Shown piece by piece: positions 57,648 to 64,000 of a DNA stretch of 64,000 bases. The translations under genes were made by a program, and so were the position numbers. The notes beneath the pieces are model-generated. The model did not search any database. It worked only from the letters and a program-made list of their open reading frames with translations, and was not told the DNA's origin. Source of the stretch: Cladosporium halotolerans (taxonomy: Eukaryota); the NCBI RefSeq assembly GCF_011745625.1, contig NW_027191457.1:682001-746000 (forward strand). The letters run 5' to 3'. How positions within the stretch are numbered: position 1 is the stretch's first letter; every line of letters begins with the position of its first letter.

Positions 57648-58874
57648 ATGCGTGCTGCGCGGTACTATGGAAAGGAGGATGTGCGGATTGAGAATGATGT
57701 GCCGCCTCCTCCTCAGCAGCTCGGCGAGGGCATGGTGCGGATAAAGCCTGCGTTTGTGGGAATCTGTGGCACTGGTATGTTTGCCACCGAGACGACGACT
57801 GGACGGCCCACTGGTAAACATCTACTGACGATGTCCCACTAGATCTACACGAATACTTCGCCGGACCCAAGTGAGACCACCTCTCATCATCCCCCCAAAC
57901 CATCACCCAACTAACCCACCACCTCCAGTTTCTCCCCCAAAACCCCCCACCCAATCACAAAAGAAACCCTCCCCATAACCATCGGCCACGAATTCAGCGG
58001 CATAATTCTCTCCCTCGGTCCCAAACCCCCACGCCACCTGCGCCCGGGCATGAAAATCGCCATCCGCCCCTCAATCTACTGCGGCGCCTGCCCCGCCTGC
58101 AAGCTCGGCGCCGAAAACGCCTGCCCCTCCGGCGGCTTCGTCGGCCTCTCCGGCGGCGGCGGCGGCATGAGCGACGAGCTCATCCTGCCCGCCGAAGCCT
58201 GCCACCCCCTCCCGAGCAGCATCGGGCTCGACATCGGCGCGCTCGTCGAGCCCCTCGCCGTCGCCTGGCACGCCGTCAACGCCTCGCCGATCGCAGACTA
58301 CGCCCCGGGGCCCGACGCGGGCGCCAAATGCCTCGTCCTCGGCGGCGGGCCCATCGGCCTCGCCGTCTGCCAGGTCCTGCAGGCCCGCGGCGCTGCCAAG
58401 GTCATCATGAGCGAGATCAGCGCCAAGCGCCAGCACTTCGCGCGCCAGCTGGGCGCCAGCAACGTCCTCGACCCGCGGCAGTTCGACATGGTGGCTTCCG
58501 CGCGGCAGCTGACGGGCGGCGCGGGGCCGGACATCGTCTTCGACTGCGCGGGCGTGGCGGCGTCGCTGGAGACGGCGTGTCGGGCCGTGAGGGTCAGGGG
58601 CTGGGTGGTGAACGTGGCGATTTGGGAGGAGAGGGTGCCGTTTGATCCGAATTGGTTGGTGTTCAGGGAGGCGAGGTATTCGGCTGTGCTGGGGTATCAG
58701 AGGGAGGATTTCGACGGGGTGATTGAGGCGTTGGCGGACGGGAGAATAAAGCCGGAGAAGATGATTACGGCGCGGATTGGGCTGGAGGATCTGGTCGAGC
58801 AGGGGTATGGGGCGCTGAAGGGGGAGCGGGAGAAGCATGTGAAGGTGCTGATCGATATGAGCATTGGGGCGTGA
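57648..58874 (+). CDS. Zinc-dependent medium-chain dehydrogenase (2,3-butanediol dehydrogenase-like); introns 57775-57842 and 57871-57928, 28-nt middle exon
   Basis: GICGT|DLHEY, GHEFSG, CGACPAC...C structural Zn site, VEPLAVAWHA, GGGPIG. Confidence 0.9.
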
Positions 58875-59011
58875 GGGGGGAAAGCTGTGACTGAGCGTTC
58901 TTGAATTCCGGGATTATGACAATTCGATGTCCCGTTTCCTCACAGCCGTCTTAAATCGCTGCGTGCCCTTTGACATACTGTCCAGTGCACCGCACTCCAG
59001 TAGGCGCCCCC

Positions 59012-59705
59012 CTACCCACCTCGACCCATCCTCTCACAACACCCCCTCAACGCCTCCCCCACCGCCTCCAAAACAGGCTGCACCTCAAACTCCAAGCTCT
59101 CATGCACGCTCTCCCCCAACTCCCTCACAGCCCTCCAATGCGCTTCCAGCTCCGCCGCCCTCTTCTCCCACCCCCTCCTCCTCTCACCATCAAGCACAAC
59201 AACATACCCCCACCCCAAGCGATCCAACCCCCCCGCCCTCCTCACCGCCCACCGCCTCAACCCCACCATGCCCTCCCTCCCCGCCCCCCTGCCCGTCAGC
59301 CTCAGCGCGACCACCAACCCCCCGTTCGCGCGCAGCGCTCTCAGCTCGCTCGGGTACAGCGAGCCGATCCAGCGGACCAGAGGGCGGAAATCGTAGTCTG
59401 TGACGTGCGCTTGGACGGGCGCGCGGGAGAGCAGGAGGGAGCGGGACTCGGCGTGGGTTTGGCGGGAGGTGAGGAGGAGGGCTGGAGGGTGGGGGGTGAG
59501 GGTTGGGTGGAAGAGGTGCAGGGTGGGGGATGAGGTGGCGGCGAGGAGGAGAATGTGGGTGCGGAGTTCGGGGGGGGAGGGTGTGGAAGGTTGTTGGGTC
59601 TTTTTTGGGGGATGTTGATGATGGCGTTGATGTTGTCGGATTTGGGGCCGTGGTGGCGGTGGTGGTGGCTTGCTGCTTGCTGTTGCGGCGGAGCTTTTTC
59701 AACAT
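59012..59705 (-). pseudogene. F-box-like (LPPELR) hypothetical gene interrupted by one extra base in a C8 run at 59570-59577 (pseudogene or sequencing error)
   Basis: Removing one C fuses the 59705 and 59317 ORFs: FHTLPPELRTHILL...PPALLLTSRQTHAESR...DYDFRPL. Confidence 0.72.
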
Positions 59706-60345
59706 CTTGTCGTCTTGTTACATTTCGAATGCTCGTCGACGGTGTTGAATGGGTTGAACTGAACAGGGATGGCTCTGATGTATTTACAAATGATGGCTTG
59801 GAGGAGGTTTCAATGCGAGCTTGGTGGCGAACCGTCCAGATCGACAGCTCGACGCGGGGACGATGACCACCACTTCGACTTCACGGTTTGCGTCTTTGCT
59901 TCTGCCCTCAGGAGAGATTGTGATACGAGATCGATATGATTGAGAAATTTGTTGATGTTGTTGGTAACCCACAGCCACGTGTAAACCCACGCCAGGCCAG
60001 AGTTGACTTCACGGGTGCTCAAAGTACGGGTACCGATGGGACCGTACGTGCAGTAGACAGGCTGACCATTGCGACTTGCTGGTCAGATCACTTGTATGGT
60101 CATACAGAGTCATCGCAGGATTCTGGTCATATATCCCGATAATGCGGATTGCTCGCTGAGTGTTACACAATCGAAGCATCCTCATTGCACTGAGCTATGC
60201 AATTTACTTTCCGCGGAGTGGTAAGCATCAACAGGCACGACAAGCAATTCCCCCGATAGCGACAGATAATATTTTGATAACGACAATGCTGCTGCTCCGT
60301 TGATTTTGTCAAGCTTCTTGCTCGTTGTACTCACTCTCATCGATA

Positions 60346-61212
60346 ATGGCACCGATACTGATCCCCTGGGGCGTTGCGCCAAAAACGCCGCGATTGAGCT
60401 CGGCCAAGAACACGGAAAACATAATAAACCGCGTGCCAATCACGGAGGAATACTCAGGACTCACCAGCGACGCTGCCGCTTTAAAACAATCTATGAGGCT
60501 GCCGTCTTCTCCGGGAGCGCACGGCTTGCCGCGCCCAGTGCCCTACCCTGATTGGTATATCAGCCACTCCGAGGGCGGCGACGTTGGCAAAGGCGATGAG
60601 GCTACTGTGCAAAACTTGTCAGAAGGACTCAACACCCAGTCGGACCAGTCAATCCCAGACGCTAAGCTTCCGGGATCCGATGAGTCCACTGCAACCCAAC
60701 CTAGAGTTCCGGAAAAGGATCATGCTCACAGTGCAGGCGACCATGAGTTTAAGCAAGGCTGGAGCGATACGCCACCATACAGAAGCCGCCCCACGAAGGT
60801 CCCTCGTGCGGTCCCAGCTCAAGACCCATGCGACCCTTTTCAATTCGTCCAGCAGACTCCTGAAGGATATCCTAGTCGCTTCGATGTCGGGAGCGGGACC
60901 ATGAGACCAAGGATGGACGGAAATGCAACTGCGTGTGGACAGGGACAATGGCGCGTACAGCCGCTCGTTGTACGTGACCTTTCCGTGGCCAACGAGTCTA
61001 CGAGTGCGCATGGTGGCCAGAGGCAGTGGGAACATCGCCTTGTAGAAGGCGTCACTCGGACTTTCGCTGCCTTCATATTCTTCATGCTGATTGTGGCTCT
61101 GTGTTCTATGACCGTGAAGTTATTTCGAATTAGGAAAGCGAAGAAACTCAAGCAGCGACTCGAGGCGGAGAGGTGGGAGATGGAGATGACGCTGAAAGCT
61201 TGTGGACACTGA
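60346..61212 (+). CDS. Hypothetical protein with a single C-terminal TM helix and basic tail, 288 aa
   Basis: ATG-initiated ORF; TFAAFIFFMLIVALCSMTV followed by KLFRIRKAKKLK. Confidence 0.6.
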   Translation: MAPILIPWGVAPKTPRLSSAKNTENIINRVPITEEYSGLTSDAAALKQSMRLPSSPGAHGLPRPVPYPDWYISHSEGGDVGKGDEATVQNLSEGLNTQSDQSIPDAKLPGSDESTATQPRVPEKDHAHSAGDHEFKQGWSDTPPYRSRPTKVPRAVPAQDPCDPFQFVQQTPEGYPSRFDVGSGTMRPRMDGNATACGQGQWRVQPLVVRDLSVANESTSAHGGQRQWEHRLVEGVTRTFAAFIFFMLIVALCSMTVKLFRIRKAKKLKQRLEAERWEMEMTLKACGH

Positions 61213-62457
61213 TTGACAGGGTGAGAAGACTCTGCAAGATAGGAACTCGTCAAGGAGTATAATATACCATACGAATCCGAATTGACCTGCTCAATCCACA
61301 CCTTGAAGCACCGATGGTTGCTGCAATTGTTGGCTCAGAGATACGAGTTCAATGTTGCGCGAATCTTGCTCCAAGTTCGAGAAATATCGAACGCTGGTAT
61401 CATCGGCTCGTGGACTGTGAAAAAGCGATTCATCGCAGGCAAGGTGCCGAAGGGCGTTCTATCAGATTGCCGACGCGATGTGTCTCACATTGGCACGCGA
61501 GAGATTCGCAGTGGCTGCAGAGCCGCACTTGAAGCAGCAAAGTCTTCGTCTTGTGTTCGTGCCTCCTTGCAACGGCGCAATACCAGCTGATGGTCACGAA
61601 ATGCAAGCCCAATATCCTTACTGTTGAAGGAGGCGCCTGGACCGTGTGGGCATTTATTCACATCATGATGTCAATTTTTGGTGTTGAGAATCTACTGAAA
61701 ATTGATGGCGAGACATCATGGAACGAGCCGTAGTGGTACCGTAGCTTATCAGTTGTCGGAGTCTCAAAGAGGATAGCGAAGCGAAGCGTCTTCGGTGATC
61801 CATTTTCGTCAACTTTCAAAAACAGCATAATTGCCTCCATGAACCATCAAGGCAGACAGCCTGCCACCATAGGCCAAAATCTCTGCACAGAGACTCTCCG
61901 CTTTGAGGCGTTGTTGGGCAGAGTACGGTATAGTACGTATTCAAGCATTTCTGCGCGATTGCCGGGCAACGGCGCCACCACGTTGGTTGATAAGCCTAGC
62001 TGCATGTGGTGACTGGCTGGCGCGGGGCGTCCTTCACTGCTGCAGCCGTGCTAAGTTTCTTCACTGATGATTGTCGCATATCTCGATGATCCAGGCGGCG
62101 TCGCAGGTGAATTCGGTGGCGTGTGCCTGAGATTTGCCACTCAGCGCCCAACAGCGGCGGTGTTGTTGTTGATGAATCACATTCACTTGCGCCTCGGGAA
62201 GTGACGCGAAGCTTCCGTAATCGGCCTTTGGTCTAGCCGACGCGCACGGACTCTGGCAAGCAGGCGCGCATGACGCTCAGGCTCAGCCACTCGCCGTCTG
62301 CCTGAGCTGCAAGCACCACCTTAAGTAGCCGCTCACCTTCCACTCACCAACCTCTCTCTTGCAAACACTCTCCGCAACACCCACCACCCTCTCTTGATCT
62401 TGACCAGCAACATCCATCAACACCACACCAAACCCATCAACCTGAACCACTACAATC

Positions 62458-63205
<748 letters not shown>

Positions 63206-64000
63206 GCGACTCGGCATTCGATGTTCACGACGGAGTTTTTACGGACATGACAGTTTTGGGATGGCCGCCCGGTGTGGCAAGCTGATTAAATGACACTTTC
63301 TTGAAATAGCTTTACGAATTCAATCACCCTGTAAATCGTGGGGTTTGACTTGCTCTCTTTACATTACCTTCGCCTCTTTGTTTTGATCTTCTCACGCTCG
63401 GTGAATGCGACGTCCATGACGCCAGCTCCACAACGCTTGTTGATGCTCCACCGTGCCCCGGAGATCCGCTCAACCGTTGCGAGCGAAGTGGACCGCTCCA
63501 CCGCCCATTTGCCGGAGGGAGCGGCATCCTATTGATCAACGTCCAATAGATGAGGCACGAGGATCGCTAAATCATGATTTCGAAGAGTAGATACGTGTTT
63601 CAATCTCGAGCCCACCGTCGCGAAAGTATCAAATGCGACGTTCCCTAGTAAGCTTCTGCAGGCCTGACGAGGATGCTATGCGCCTTGCCTTGAACTTGTG
63701 TACGATGCCCGTCTCTCCAAACATGTCCTGACTCGACAATTGCATTTTAGATATGCCATCTATAGAATTTTTGGTTTGTACTTGTGACCCAACTTTGCTA
63801 TGAGTATCTTCTGCCATCGTTCTGCGTGATTTCTGATATATCATGTATGCGCGAGAGCATGCAAATCGGCCTTTGCCAAGACTTCCGATCATTCACAGAC
63901 GCCGATCGCGCTGGCACATGCCAGACCAAACGTCGTGATGCACAAAGCACCTTTCGGAGTGAAAGCTACCACTTCTTTAATGCACTATTTCTGGGAAATT

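Noticed and set aside
61280..61840. Short protein-like minus-strand frames (MEAIMLFLKVDENG..., SFNSKDIGLAFRDH...)
   Set aside because: Interrupted by stops with no convincing splice sites or motifs
63324..63892. Short minus-strand ORFs at the window end
   Set aside because: No consistent gene model or motif; cannot be supported from this window

Overview
Gene-dense, GC-rich eukaryotic DNA from a filamentous ascomycete (short GT-AG introns with CTRAC branch points; Dothideomycete-like gene content is my inference). I rebuilt 24 protein-coding loci by hand. Housekeeping genes include SCT1-like acyltransferase, AVT3-like transporter, RAM1, YME1, complex I 51-kDa subunit, GPI18 and a 3-unit polyubiquitin. 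There is also a loose group of secreted or cell-wall enzymes (GH53, CE5-CBM1, GH3, GH76, phytase), a Zn2Cys6 transcription factor and several uncharacterised genes. I saw no rRNA, tRNA, CRISPR or transposon. The most interesting observations are: (1) a head-to-head pair of a truncated, Walker-A-dead STAND/NACHT-like gene and an intact fungal AAA+ ATPase on a 303-bp shared promoter; (2) a HAD hydrolase whose stop is TGA-CTA-G, the known readthrough context, followed by a short extension ending RKSML (candidate cryptic peroxisomal isoform); (3) an 86-codon coding-like in-frame extension behind the TAG of the Zn2Cys6 factor; (4) recurrent, orientation-independent C/A-rich to G/T-rich skew flips inside genes; (5) a one-base homopolymer frameshift in an F-box-like gene. 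All family assignments come from motif recognition, not database searches.
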